Shown in pieces: positions 1 through 15,000 of a DNA stretch of 64,000 nucleotides; position 1 is the first letter of the stretch; every line of letters begins with the position of its first letter. The translations under genes and the position numbers were made by a program. The stretch is from assembly GCA_964188305.1 (NCBI GenBank), contig OZ076885.1; one strand, 5' to 3'. The stretch is from Podarcis bocagei. Its lineage: Eukaryota. The notes beneath the pieces are model-generated. The model made no database searches, was not told the origin of the DNA, and saw only the letters and a list, made by a program, of their open reading frames with translations.

Positions 1-95
1 TGAATCTTCCCCTCAGGTATCAGCTCCAGGGAAAGGCTTCGTGTCCTTAGTGTTGCTTCCAGTTCCTTCAAAGTGGCAAAGTAGTCGTCATCCTG
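1..95 (-). CDS. ZFYVE26: ZFYVE26 exon, truncated at window edge
   Basis: QDDDYFATLKELEATLRTRSLSLELIPEGKI. Confidence 0.93.
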
Positions 96-3000
96 CTACC
101 AAAAAAAGCAGAGAATCAAACATCACAAGTTCTTGTGAGGAGATGTCTGTTCACCATATGGTCCTGCTGGAGGAAGGAAGAGGAAAGCAATTTCTACAGA
201 TTCCTACATTCCTTGGCAATACCACCACCGAAAGCTGCTCCAAAGGACAGAGGGACCCTCCAGTACAATGTGGCAGGTGATGCAGGACATTTTTTTTTTA
301 AAGTTACCAATCACTCCCTGTACCACAAATACCTTCCTCCAGAGGCCCTTCCATTTTTCTCAGCAGAAAGACACTCTGATCCAAATCATAATCTAGAAAT
401 GAGCTGCACAGTTATGCTATGTGGGCAATATCTAACATCCAGTTTCCTCTTTCTCTGACCCGGTGCAAGTCAACATAGAGTGGAAAACTGCTTAACCCCT
501 GCAAACAGGTAGGTTTCAGTATGGTACCACATCGTCTATCTACACCACAATAGCACATAACATAATATGGCCACTATTATCAACAGCAGTTCATAAGCAG
601 CAAGTTGCAAGCAACGTTCCTTTATCAATTTCAATTCCTCTCCAGCCCTTTCTCCAAGGTGGTCAAAGCAGCATGCATGGTCCTCACTCCCTCTTCATAT
701 CATCCTCCAAATCACTTTGTGAGAAGCAAGTGAATGTCCGGCTCCCAGTCACCATGCGACTTCTGTGCCTAAATTGGGTCTTGGATCTGGGTCTCCCCAG
801 TCCCAAATCCAGCACTACATAAGATTGGATCTGCACATCAGGGATGGAGAATGTGTGGCTCTCTGGATGCTGTTGAACAGAAACTCCCACCAGACCCAGC
901 CAGCAAGACCAGTGGTCAGGGATTATGGGAGTTGTAGTCACTTTCTTGCTTTACATGCTGTTGTCCATGTCAGCTTTTAGTAAGAATGGCAACAGGCCAG
1001 ATGGTAATCCCAAATGTTAAACACCAGAATAATACATGCCTGGCATTTTGTCCCATGTCATCAAAGAGCCATAGATACCCTGATTTCACTTTCTTCTTCC
1101 CTAGTGTACAGCTTGAAGGCACAAAGAAAAAGAATTCCAAACCAAGACAAGATGTTCTTGATGCACACTTTGTTGGCATGGATTTAACTGTGTCTTCAAT
1201 ATTTTCTGCATCTAACCTTGACTTGGACATTCTACCACATGCCATTTTTAGCTGCAGCCTGCATACCACCTAAACAGAATGTTCAGGTTACATTAAAAAT
1301 AAAGTACGCACATCTCCAGCGCTGTTAGTTGTAGAAATAAAAAGAAAAGAACAGGCAATGTTCTAACAATATGCTCACTAAACCATAAACTTGCCCTTGC
1401 AATGACCACACACAAAAACATAAATAGGCAGTAAGCATTAGCTTCTTATTTTTAAGTATCTTTTAAAAGTACATTTAGGTACTTATACTGCACTTTTCAG
1501 AGCAAAAGACTTTACAAAGTGGCTTACAATACTGAATGGGTAGGCATATAATTTAAAAGCAATAACAATTCAATATAACAATTTTCTTCTAAATAGCAGA
1601 TTTTATTGAATTGTTATGTTTAATTGTTTTTACTTTTAAATTGTATTCCTACCCATTAAGTATTGTTAAGTTCAACAAAACGGGACAGTTTAAAGACTTT
1701 ATAAAACAGGAAGGCCTTTGGAGCAAGTCCCAAAAGCATGGGGGAGGGAGATGCTGATGATTTACTATTTATACCTTGCCCATCTGATTGGGTTGCCCCA
1801 GCCACTCTGGATGGCTTCCAATATAATAAAAACACAGCAAAACATCAAACATTATAACTTCCCTAAACAGGGCTGCCTTCAGATGTCTTCTAAAAGTCAG
1901 ATAGTTGTTTATTTCCTTGACGTCTGATGGGAGGGCGATCGACTACCGAGAAGGCCCTCTGCCTGGTTCCCTGTAACCTCACTTCTCGCAGTGAGGGAAT
2001 CGCCAGAAGGCCCTTGGAACTGGACCTTAGTGTCCACGCTGTACAACGGGAGTGGAGCTGCTCCTTTAGGTATACTGGACTTGGCACAGTTCCATAGAAC
2101 AGCCTTTGCCAACTTGGTGTCCTCCAGTATTTTGGACTACAACTACCAACAGTCCCAACCAGCACAGTTGTAATCCAAAAGCCTGTCACTTGGATCTGAG
2201 TTATGGTGGGCAGCAGGTCTTTAGATGCCATCACTCAAGGTTTGGGGAGAATAATGTGGGCATAGGCAATCACAGAGATAACTTGGTCCCAGATTAAATA
2301 CAAACAGGACCCTTTTTTTAGCTGGAAATACTGAACTCAGTTCCGGCACTCTCAGGGTGCCCAGCCATGGCCCTTCTAAGAGAACGAGGGAGGCGTTCAT
2401 GGTGAGTTCCAGCACCTCTTTTTCTAGAAAAATAGCACTGAATACCAGTACCCTAGCATGTTTAATGTTCTGGCTGTAGCTTAAATCTACCCCAGGAGAC
2501 CAGCTGTTGAGGAAGGAGGAAGACTGGATTCTTACCACTGAGATAATGGGCTTCACTGTGGACTCCAGGTACTGTATCACATCTTGGACCAGTCTTGAGC
2601 CTGAGTCTAGCTGGTTCAAGTCAAGAGGTGGCTTTAGGCACCGGCTGAATTTCTCTCTGGCGGCAGAGAGGTTGCCAGCTTTAAGACATGCCATGCCCCA
2701 GGCATGCCATGCCCCACCTGGATCCAGGCCAGTCTTCGTGGAAACCTAAAATGAACAGGTTATTGAAAACAGTCACCAAAATATGAGATAACCTCCCCCT
2801 CAGTCTTCCATAGTCATCTTTTGTTTTCTGAAGAAAAAAAATGTACACACATGCAATTGCAATGTCTACCTGCTCACTTTTGTTGCTCTTTTCTAACTCT
2901 GAAGTTTTTCTAGCTCTACAGTATTATTTTTGAGCTGCAGTAATCATGACCCGGAAGCTGTACGCCGGCTCTCTCGGCCAATAAAGAGAGATGAGCGCCA

Positions 3001-6000
3001 CAACCCCAGAGTCATCCGCGACTGGACCTAATGGTCAGGGGTCCCTTTACCTTTAATCAGAGCTGAACACTATTGACCTATTACTATTGTACCCTATTGT
3101 GGTCACTATTGGCAGTTTTATTGGAGTGCATTTGTCACAATACTGAGAAGGTACATTTCAGATATTAAGAATTTAAGAAATCTTAATATATATTCTTAGA
3201 AACAAAGACCATGCCTAATGGGTTTTAAAAAATTTCCTATTACAGTTACAATAGAACCAAATAGTCCCCCAATTAAGCATGTTTTCAAATCCCAGCCCCA
3301 CCAATAAAAGCTGACCTGTACCAATTAATCAACAAATGCTTAGTTGATTAATCTACTAATTATATAGTTGCTTTTTTAAAAAAACACACCAAGCATTGGT
3401 TTTCTATATTTTATAAAACACAGAACCAAGCCCAAAAGGCTAATAGGTGTCTTTGTGAGGGAAGAGATGCTTCAAGTTGAAGTTAAAACACCCCAATATG
3501 TTTTTTCTCTAAATGAAGGCAATCTCTGTGCAAGAACAGAGCAATGATTTGAAGGAGCCCTGAGGCTGTACTCCAGAGCTGCTTCTCTCCCCATGCATTA
3601 CCTCTACGGCTAGCTGATAGTATTCTGCTTCCAAAAGCTGATTTCTTAGCCTTGTAACTGCTGTAGGCTCCAATATCTGATCCAGACAGGGAACACGACG
3701 ATATGAGGCAGTGACTAAAATATGTAGCACGTCGACTTTGCTGATGTAGCTGTTGGCGGAGTTAAAATAAGATACAAAAGTTAGAGGCAGCACACACACT
3801 GGGATCCACCAAACTGTGAAAAATTCAGAACAGTCCTTATATAAATGTTTCAGTCTCAGCTATAGACCACTTTCTGCTGCATCCACCCCAACATGAGCCA
3901 GGCCTGTCTGACTACTTTGGGAAGGCATCTCAGGAGAACCGCAGACCACTTACCTGTCACAGAGAGCTAAATCTTGGCTCATCCCAGCTTTTACAAACAT
4001 CATTTTGGCACTGAAGAGCAGTTGTTTCATGATATCCGTGAGGAGGCCAGCATCCACTTCGGGGTTTGTCAGCCCTCGAGAAAGCTTGCAGCAGTGATCT
4101 ATCAACTGGTGACCACAGGCTACGCTGTCCGAATGGAGATTGAAAATAGCAATGCACAAGGAAGCACTGGGTGCCTGAACATTAGGAGAGGCAAGGGAAA
4201 GGCAGAGGTAATTGTGATTCCACCTGCAGGCTGCAGCTGAAGAGCTAAAGTGTACTCAGCCAAAAAGACAGGAGCAGAACAATATTCTTCACTATAAAAC
4301 TCAAAGAGATAGAAGAGTCTGTTGACCCCTGCTGTGTTGACCAGATGCATAGTAAGCTCAGACCCAATAACCATGTCCAAAATGCAGGCAGCACAATATG
4401 GCCCCCTTCCCAGCACCACTACTGCCAGCACATAGTACAATATCCAATTTATTAGAATGACTGCGACCCTGTTCACAGGGGAGCTTACATCTGAACTGCA
4501 CAGGGTCCACACGTGCAACATACTAAGCTTTAACAGAAGATCTTCAGGCTGCTAAAATGCAAGCTTTAGCTTCTAATTAGAGAAGCAAATCATCTTACAA
4601 AGAAGTGCTACCACATAAACTGCTATCATGAAGTAGGAACCCAGTCAAAGGAAGAGACAGAAGTGCCCAGGCGCTTATTTTCTTCATTCTCTCTGCTAAT
4701 CTGCCACAAATGAACTTGAAAGCCCCAACATCACCTCATTCACTTGCTAGAGCAAGGAGTGTACACCAATTATCCCGGTGCTCCAGTAGATGATGCATTG
4801 GGGTGGAGCAGGGACACTTCCTTGTGTTCCCTCACTACTATTTTTGCAATATAACAGAACTGTTTCCCCAAAGCCCAGGGATGTCATCTGGATCTTTTCT
4901 CCCTCCCTGGTGTTCTTGGGTTCCATTTCTCAATTTCTTTTCTATCTTCTCTCCCCACTGGTTTCCTATTCTTCTTTTCTGCCCCGCTGCCTACTTTTCC
5001 TTGCTTGCCCTATCATGTGCCATATCGGAAGTCCACTTCCCCCTTTTAGAGCATACACTTACCTGCTCATAATAAAACTCAGTGCGCACAATTTCATTCT
5101 CCTCTTCTCTCAAAGAAAGAAGCCACTCGAGTTCTGTTATTTTGGGTATTTGCACCACTGCAGAGTAATCTGAGCATTCATTATCGGAGGACGCAACTGC
5201 CGTTGACAGAACACACAAGAAATCAGGACAAGAAGTCACATGTTACAATTTGGAATCAGACATCTATTCTGACCCCTGCTCAGTAAAGGGTCTGTGAAGC
5301 AGGGTGCAACTACAGCAGGAAAGGGGAACCCTGCTTCCAGGGGCTGCCAACCATCAGCTCTATAGCAGGTAAGGGAAAAGACTTGGATGTTGTGTACGAA
5401 TTGCAGCTCCTTCCTTTGCAAAAGATGATTAAAGCAAAGTGGGGAACTGGCTCAGTGCACTTCTGTTCTCTGTCAATATGGGGGGGGGACAGACCTTGCA
5501 AATTTGAAACTGCATGCATACGATTTTCAGAATGCTCTACATTTTGAAGTTTAAGACCTTGAATAACTCTAAGCTTACACTTCTTCTGGGATGACTGAGT
5601 TGTTTCTGCCTTGCGCACCATAAGGGCAGATAAAGCTTTTCTAACCAACTTTGTAAAAGTCTACGAAGAAAACAAAGAAAAACTTGAATGATTTGAAATT
5701 AAATACAGGCACCTGTTTCCATGGATAAAGGAAAGGGGGTTGTCTGACCCTGTTCACTACCAGAACAATGTTCCATCAGCTTTACACCAGAGTAATGTGG
5801 CCTTCAGTTCCAAAAAAGGTTTCTCACCCTTGAACTACCACATTACTAAAAGATAGGGCATGGGTGAGGGGTTGGGGAGTCCCAAGGGCAAATAGCCCAA
5901 GGAGTCCTCTAGCCAGTCATGATAACACATTGTGGCTTCCAAATCTTGCCATGTTTTCCAGCAAGTAATTTGGCCGAGTTAGAACAAATCCCTGTTCTCT

Positions 6001-9000
6001 TAAAGAAAGTAGCTGTGTGCAGCAACGCATTAGAAAGCTCATGCCACTATGCATTTGTTACGCCTTTGAAGATGCTTCAGGGCTTGCCCATGTTTCCTAC
6101 AAGCAACGTTGACTGTGAAGTCAGTCCTGTAATACATGCCAGCAAAATGCAAATCTCCTCACCTTCCTCTTGGTCCTGATCCGCCACTTTTGTACTATGA
6201 AAAGAGAAAAACAATGAGGCTTCATACCTATTCAAACATGCGTCGAAAAGTTAAGTTCGGTAAAGGAAGTGTTTTCATAGCATTAAATCAAACTCTGAAG
6301 CCCTACCCATTGTCCCACTGTTGGAACTAGAAACAGGAACAACAGGAACTAGAAACAGAGATTTTTCCTCCTCACTGAAACTCTCAGGGGGAGACCCATA
6401 AGAAACGCTAAAATGATTCACTAGTTGATATCGAAGGCTAGCATTCCAGATACAAAAAAAATGGGGAAAGATTGTTTACACACATTTCTGCCTCAGGGGG
6501 CAAGTCCTCTGAGCCCTCCTTGTTGTAATAATTGTAGCACTGGTCACAAACACGAGCCGGGTTTTCCCTACACTCTTCCACAGTCATTTTCTTGGTTGAA
6601 CACGAGCTGCACACCAGCCTCCCGCAACGTCTGCAGTGATGTCGTCTATTAAACTGAGACACAAAGAGGAACTTTGAAGGGAGCAATAGCATTTCAGTGG
6701 TTAACATTTTACCCATTCAAGACCCACAGCCATTTGGATCTTTGGGGCACAGTAGCAAATACGACTGACAGAAGTGCAGCAAGCTGGCCAAAGAGCCAAC
6801 GGCAGACACACCCGTTCAAGTGTTCCAGTTACATGTCAAGTATGGCCTTGGGGGTTTCCTCACCATAGTAAAACGTTCCGTTTTGCAGACCATGCACGTG
6901 ACTTCAGTCTCATCGGGAATCCATTGCTGTTTTGGTGGGGGCTTCTCTGGTGGCACAAACTCCTCTGGGGACACAGTTTGCTGTAGGCTTCTCTCTCTCA
7001 TGCTGGAAGAATGCGTTGCATCTTGATGATAAACAAGAAACGAAACCAAAAAATGGAGAATTGAAATATTATATTTATTTATTTCATAAAATGTATATAC
7101 CACTAGATTGTAAGTAAAAGCCTCAAAACAATCACTGCTACCCTTCAGTGACAAGGCAAAGGATGTGCTAGTAGAAGTTCTTGTATGAGCTTTTGGTGGG
7201 GCTCATCCATTGAATCCCACCCAGAAATTATTATTTTTTAAACTACTACAGCAGAAAGCAGATTTAAGAGAAAAACACGAGTATGAACACAACATCCAGC
7301 CATTAGACCTTCTCTCACCAGGAGAATTAACTGGAAACTGTTCCGTCGATTCTGATTTAGACAACGTATCAGACTCGGATCCCCGACACAAATTCTCCTG
7401 CATCTGAATCACAGAATCTAAAGGCAAAAGAGAAAACCATTTTTATCTGCAGCAAAGAAGATTAGAATGATTCATCCAAAACTGGATCAGCACATGTGAT
7501 TCAAGTGACTACAGTTTTTGTACAAGCAATTTACTAACCCAATGGCATGCACAAGAAGGTTCAGACTTTTGCATCTAAGCAAAAGGAGAACAATACGGAT
7601 ATTTAGAAACATAGGGATACTAGGCCTTCTAATGTTCTTTTTCCTCAACTCTTTTGACTACACCAACTTAAAAATATACAAAAAGTTGAGCCAGAAGAAG
7701 TAAGGGGCTTGGTTCACTGCCTTATGCCCTTTGAATGCAGGCTCCACTGCCACGGTCAGTAAAACACATTAGTAGTACTGCACTGTGTGGCATTAAGGAA
7801 AACAGGAGAAGAAATGGAGCAGCACAGGGGCTTTTCAATTAAGTCGCAAGCCAAAACCATGGGGTCACAGAACCCAAAGCGATAAGGTGGATTTGGCTAG
7901 AATCCAATCTGCCTTACCAGCTGAGAATCTGTCATGTTTGGTTAAAGAGCACATGGAACATCTTCACTGATTAGAGATTCCCAAAAGCAAGTCACCTGAT
8001 CTTTTCTCTTTTAACGAGAAAGGGAAGTCAAGGGCTTTCCCAGCATACTTGGAGAGCAAGGCATCAATGTCTTCTACCGTAAAGCCTATCTCTTGCCCAA
8101 CCAAGAGCTGGTGCAGTGTCTGTACAGCCACGGCTACCCAATCCACCTTCATGTTCATCAAGAGCTGCTCCAACATGAGCAGTGGCTTGCAGGACAGGTG
8201 AGAGTAGTTAGCACGGTAAGGCTCAGGAAGAGTCAGTAAGACCTTGGATGTAGAAACAGAAGAGAAACAAAAATTATTTATTTCATAAAATTTATATAAT
8301 GCCTGATTATTATTATTTTTTTAAAAAAACCCAACCCTGAAACCTCTCTCATTACTTGAGAGAAGAACCCCAAAACCCAGCAACGCAGTTGCAAATTTCA
8401 TATCTGCTTACCTTTGATCCCATATAAAGGGCCTGAATTTCATTATGGCGCATAATTGTTAAGTGTTTGTAGAAGTGTGTGGTGAGATAATCTGCAAGGA
8501 AATGAGAAGCTGCCAGGCTGGGATGTTTATCAAGACACTGTTCACTTATGACCAGCTGAATGTCTGGGTCTTCTATCCTTTGCAAGAGCTACAAAGAAAG
8601 TGAACAATGGAGAGTTAATTCAGATCATAAAATAATTTCACACTGCCAGCTGAAGACATCTGCAACCTAAAATTATCTGTTTAACACAGCTCTACACTGC
8701 ACTTTATGAGGCTAGGTTTTCACGGCAGCACCAAACAAATATATCAATCACAATACAGGAAATATAGATAATGAGGCAGAAAAGACAACTAAAAACATTC
8801 CAAGCACAATGGGACCTAGCAAATGGCTGCTCATTTTATGAAGAAGGCTGCTGAGCAGGGCTACAAGGAGGCCTTCCTGCTGGTACACCATATGACTCTA
8901 CCACAAACAAGTGTCATACATGGAAGGGAGATGGATTTGTGTCCACAGGAACCATAATTTGCCAAAGGCTCCTGGGCACATGCTTGTCATTTGCTCAGAC

Positions 9001-12000
9001 ACAGCCACCCACCGGAGACACCCACTGAATACAGGAAATCATTTTCCTCCCTAATGTGCAAAGCGTCCCGTTACTGACATCTTTAAGATTGCAAAATGAT
9101 TTTGGAGGAGGATAAATCAGAGAAAACAAAGCAGTTACCTGCAAAGCCTTTTCTGTGTCTCCCATTTCCAACAAATGAAGGAGATGCTCTTGGTGAAGAC
9201 TGATCAAATCATCTCTTGGAACAGGATACAAGTTCCCCCATTCTTCACATAATTCATGATCCTAGGATAAAGACAATCAGCTCTTTCTTGTATTGCCATC
9301 ACTCAGATACTGGAAATCTGGAAAACCTTAGATGAAAAGAGCTTTCTGCAAGACCAACCAATTTATTTGTAGAAAGTTGTTCCTCTGCTAGGCAAGGAAA
9401 CAATGGATGTGAAAGGTGCAGTTCCTTTCTACAGCATGACTAGGAAAGAAAACCCCAACTGTGGATTTCTCAGAAGTCACCAGTTAGCCATTGCGAGAAA
9501 ATTGGATGTGGGACTAGGTGGGACTCTGGGCTTGGGGGAGAATCTGGGGGAAATTGCGTATTGTGCAGGATCAAGCTTCCAAGGGAGGAAAGACACACAA
9601 AAAATAGCCTACCTTTGCCTCCAAAATCACTCCTACAACGGTTTGGGGGTCATCAGTGCAGGCTCGTTTCAGGTCCTGCCAGTCATGCCAGAGTGTGACA
9701 TCTTGTAGACTTAGAATCTGACAAAATAAAACAAATACAACAGCCCCTTCAGCAATCTCTCTCTCTACTTTTAAAAAGGACCAAGGCAGACAACTGAGCC
9801 AGGAATTATTCTAAATTACAAGTGGTCTGCTGCCAAAAGACCAGAAGGAGCTATCATTGCCTTTATATAACCCAGCAGCCGAAAGACGCCAAAAAATCTG
9901 GGAGAAATATTCTACCCCCAAATAAAATGATTTATTACCTTTTGATAAACCTGAAGCTCTCTTGTTTTGCTCTTCAGCTCAGATCTGAGTTCTTCGGGCA
10001 CCTCAGGGTCGCAGGCACAATAAGCCAAGATTTCTAGACAAGCTTCCAAGGGCCAGTTATCCAGACAGCGCAGGGCCAACCTGCTCCTCAGCAAGGCATC
10101 TCTCACTCGGAACAGGTATTGCCAACCATCCTTACCTGGAAAGGAAGAATACACCAGAGATCTGAAGCTTGGCTTTAGAGTACTGTATGCTTTAGCTGCA
10201 CAGGATGAAGGTGACGCAAAGCAGGATAGCAGCAATGACATTAGGAAACCAAAGGCTGCCTTATACTGAATCAGACCCTCTTTCCAGGGTTTCAGGCAGG
10301 AGTCTTTTCCAGCTTGATCTGGAGATGCTGGTCACTGGATCTGGGACCTTCTGAATGCAAAGCATGTGCTCTGCCCACTGAGCTACAGCCTGCCTCTTCC
10401 CCCTCTGTATAGAACCACAGTTGGGGGAATAACATGGCTATTGCTGCTTTTCTATTTCTACTCTACCTCCAACCTACTCTCAAGCAGGCCCACTTATCAG
10501 ATGTTTCCAGCTCCAGGGCTACCAGAGGAATGGTTTCCAAACCTTTCCACGCATGGACCACTTAAAAACTGCTGATGGTCTTGGTGGAGCACCTAATGAT
10601 TTGTATGTCTGCCACAGCAACTGTAGCGAATGGTGCTTTATGCTGTAATTACATTTATTACTTTTATTTCTGATACTGCATTTTATTGTATTGCAATCTG
10701 CATTCCATAGCAGATTGCAATAAAATATTTTAAAAATGAAAGAATCTATACAAATACAATAAAAATAATATGCATATTTAACGCATTTAATGCCACACAC
10801 AGAAGCCTGCACACCACTGAATGAAGCATGCATACCATGGTTGGTCCATGGACTACAGTTTGGGAACCCCTGACCTAGAAGAAACATCATGGGCCCAAGT
10901 CTCAGACTGAGTGGCAAAACCATGGTTTGTCACTGTATCCAAAGTGCCTCAACACATTTTCCATTTCCTTCCAAAACTAGACGACTGAGTCGTCAGTTCC
11001 TGGTCTGCAGCCCAAAGTGCCATTTCTACAAGAAAAATAACCCCTTCTTTACCATCAGCAGCAGCACAGCTGAGTACGGCATCCTGCACGGTGATTAGCT
11101 CTTCCGTGTCCTGGCTGCAGAGATTCAAGATCTGGAGGGCTCTGGGCCAGTCCCCTGTGCTGAGAGCTTGCTCAAAGTTCTCCATCAACACCTCAACAGC
11201 CATAACAGAATGCAACCCCAGGAAGAGCAGCGACACATAAGGCTTGCCACACAGTGCACTAGCCAAGCCTTTTCCCTCATCCTGAGGGTCCTGAAGGGGC
11301 TCACACATGGCAAGAAGAAAGCTCTCCAGAAATGGAAATTCCTTTAACAGCGCTTCACATTCCTTGGCAACGTGCTCCATAGACAAGGGCACTTCCCGTT
11401 TGCCTCGAAAGTCCATCCACAACAGGCCCTGCTTGGGGGTCTTCTGAGCCTTCGACACACTAAGACAAGCCACAGCAGCTGTCAGTTTAGACTGAGATTT
11501 CAAGAAGGCGAGGGTGGAAGATGTGAGCATGTGCTGGTTCTGGTCAGGCAGAGTGGGAGAAGGATGCTCAGAAAGGTCCTCAGAGTCCATGGCGGGATTG
11601 TGGACTGGCACCTCCACGTCAGGCAGACAGTGATAGGCATGCAGGTGTGCCAGGCTACTAATGTTGGTCAAAAGGATCCTGGTCTGGTTGCTTTGCCTGG
11701 TACAGCACAGAGGCAATGCCTTACAGCAGCAGCTGATGATCACTTCTTGCACATTTAGGTTGAGTTCTTCTTTGGCCAACAGCAAAGACAGCCTGCACGA
11801 TTGAGGAACAGAAAGTACAATAAATTTAGCAGTACACTAAGCGCTGCATTAAAGAGAGTGAGTGGCATACAAGGTAAACCCAGGTTTGCTATTGATCGTA
11901 CACAATACATCCGCCCATGTTTGAAGAAAGTCAGTACCTGTCAGGAGCAACCTGTCTCTCAAACAAAAGCTGGGACAGCAAATGGGGAGGACTCTGCTGA

Positions 12001-15000
12001 AGTAATAGGAAAGGGTTTGCCACTCTTAACTCCGTAGATTGATCTAGAATTAGAGAAAGGATATTGTAAAAGTGTCATGTCAACTTGATTCCACGCTATG
12101 CTCCTAAAATCTGCTCTTGGCATGCAGCAATGCTGCATGTTTTTGAAACAAACTTCTTAGTGCTCCCGTTTCTGCTGCACAGATGCAAAATAGGTTACCT
12201 TAGAAAAAGGTTGTCATAGGCAGAGAATCAGTGACACAGGCACAGGTCAAGTTACCCACTAGGACCTGGGAGACTGGGGTTTAAATCCCCACTCAGCCAT
12301 GAAACTCACTTGAGGTTAAGAAGCTAGTTCCCCCACCCATATTGATATTTCTTGAATTAAAACTTGGATTAGCTTGTTTCAATGGTGAGAGATCTCCCAC
12401 CTAGCTCTGAAGTGAGGCTTCGGAGAAGAACAGCAGCCAGCCTGTTAATATAGTCAAAGAAGCTTTGCACGTAGATGTTTTGCACAGGGCTCCCTTCAAG
12501 AGTCTGAGCATGTTGCTCCAGTGTTCTCAGCAAGAGTTTGAACTGATTAGAAATGGGATGTGCCTCCAATTCTGCGGGTTTCAAGGAAGCCTGTTCTGCT
12601 AACGCAGCCAGCAGGTTCCCCTTGGAATCTATTAAAACCAAAAAAGAAAGAAAAAGATTGGAGGTGAAATGCTCTCTCCCCCAGTACACAAAATCAACCT
12701 TTATTTCTCCGCATCCCACATAACCCTTTCCATTCAAGTGAGAGCCAGTGTGGCATAAGGGTGAGAGTGTTGAACTAGGACCTGAGAGACTAGGGTTTAA
12801 ATCCCCACTCAGCCATGAAGCTCACTGGGTGGCCTTGGGCCTCTCAGCCTGACCTGCCTCACAGGGTTTCCTGAGGATTAAATGAGAAGGCCTGAACTGT
12901 AAATGCCACCCTGAGCTCCTTGGAGAAAAAACATATGGGATAGAAATGGAATGCACAAATAAGAAATAAACAGCCTGTCTTGGTACAAACATTCTTTCCA
13001 CCAGCAGGTGAAGTCTTGAGGAAACTTTACATCTAAGAATGTTAAATGGGAATAATTAAGAAGCACTTTTATCCATTATTTTGTACCAGATTATGAGGTA
13101 GATATTTATGAATTGATCAGGGTAAATTTTTAAAAACCCAATATTTAACATTTTCCTAGAAATATATACTCATGTTGAATAAGAATTATTTCAGAATTTT
13201 CCAAGTAATCTAAAATTGGGGGCTAAATTTAAAATTTAAATATGGAGAAACACATACTGTATTTTTTCATGTATAACACGCCCCCGTGTATAAGATGCCC
13301 CCAATTTTGGGGGACTACAACTTAAGAAAATGGGGGGAGATTGCTCTGAGTTGTTGAGCTTTTTTAGGGGATTGCCAAAACTCACTCACCTGCCTAACCT
13401 ACGCTGCCACTCGCACACGTCGCAAAAGCCACCTATCGTCTGTCCCCTCACCAGTAGAAACCACCAATCGCCCACCCAATTGCCGCAGTGAAAGCCAATC
13501 AACAAAACAGCCCTTGCAGCAGCCACCAATAACACGCCCAATAGCCACTGACAAACTCCAGCTCACGGCAGCAACCAATGCCAGGTCCCCGCTATGCACT
13601 ATCTGTGTATAAGACGACCCCCCATTTTCACATAATTTTAAAATAAAAAACTCATCTTATGCAGTACAGTAGTTCAAATCAAGAAAAAAGTTTGAGTGAT
13701 TTACTTTAAGATAGCCATTAAGATACACACAGACTCATGCACACACTTACCCGAAGACTCTTCTACATGTGCCAGTCTTTGAAGGATTTGGTCAAAGTCT
13801 TGTGATAAAACAATCTGGCTGGTAATACAGTTCTCGGTCAGGACAGGGTAACAAGTCTGCATGAGGTCAGCAATGCTGCAGTGGAAGTGATTGCTTATTT
13901 TCTCATCAGAGATTTCTGTTGGGAAACAAGACGCAAGAGTCAATACCAAACCTGAATGTTGTTTCAAATATGGAATAGATATGTGAAGGACACATGAAGG
14001 GGCCTAAGTGGCATAACTGAGGTTCACTGTTGAGCTGAGTCAATGCATCATGCAGACAGATGTCTTGCATTGAATAAGACCATTGCTCCATCTAGCCCAG
14101 TACCATCGAATGATTGGCAGCAGCTCTCTGAAGCATCAGCTCAGGATCACTAAAACTCCCAACTTAGATACTCTCTGGTTTCCAAGGGCCGATTCACATA
14201 TTCAATTTTGCTATCTGGAACTCAGCTTCCATGAACACCAGGTGTGGGGAACCTGGGGCCCTCTAGACATTGCTGAACTACAACTCCTATCAGCCCTAGC
14301 AAGCATGGCCAACAGTCAGAAATGATGGGAGCAGTAGTTCAGCAACATCCAGAGAGTTAAATGTTCCCCACACTTGATGTGCACCAATATTTGTGAGGGT
14401 TTTTCCTGCTGGGGTACCCACCAGTTGGGCAGTGAACAACAACTGCTGAAACAACACTCACAACAGAACGAAGACTCAATGCATAGTTCATAGCCATAAT
14501 CTAATAAGGAGAGTCCTTCTGAATAAAGTATGGGCAGTGGTAAAACTGCTTCCCCATGCCAATATAGCCAGCTTAACAGAATGTAGGTCTGCATCTGTCC
14601 CTATCTTCTTGCTCAGGATAATTAAATACATTTATATCCATCTTTCCTAACGGTTCACGGTGGCGAACAACAAGCACACACAATCATAAGAAGAAATCAC
14701 GCAAGCAAACAAAAATATAAAAGCCACATAAAATACCCATTTTTAAAAAAATGTTTAAAACCAGCAGCAGGAAATGCAAACATTAAATTCACAGAGCAAA
14801 CATTCAAATGAAGTCAGTGAACTGAGGTGCAGCAAAACAGACGGTCAAAGGCTGAAGGCCTTCCCAAAAGAGTAAAGGTGCTAAAGCTGCCATCGGCAGA
14901 ATGGAGAAAGGAGTGGTTTTCAGTTATTCCCCCTTGCCATCCAGCCTCAAGATGCCCCACACTCTGAATGAGAAGATGTAAGGTGTGAGAGGGGGCTGCA

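Noticed and set aside
970-1269. 99-aa minus ORF starting right after an AG, as a possible alternative ZFYVE26 exon
   Set aside because: No homology recognised, the flanking exons already join in frame, and the acceptor is mediocre
11372-11758. Antisense ORFs over large exons (also 20575-20874, 26661-26936)
   Set aside because: Shadow frames of coding exons with no independent signals
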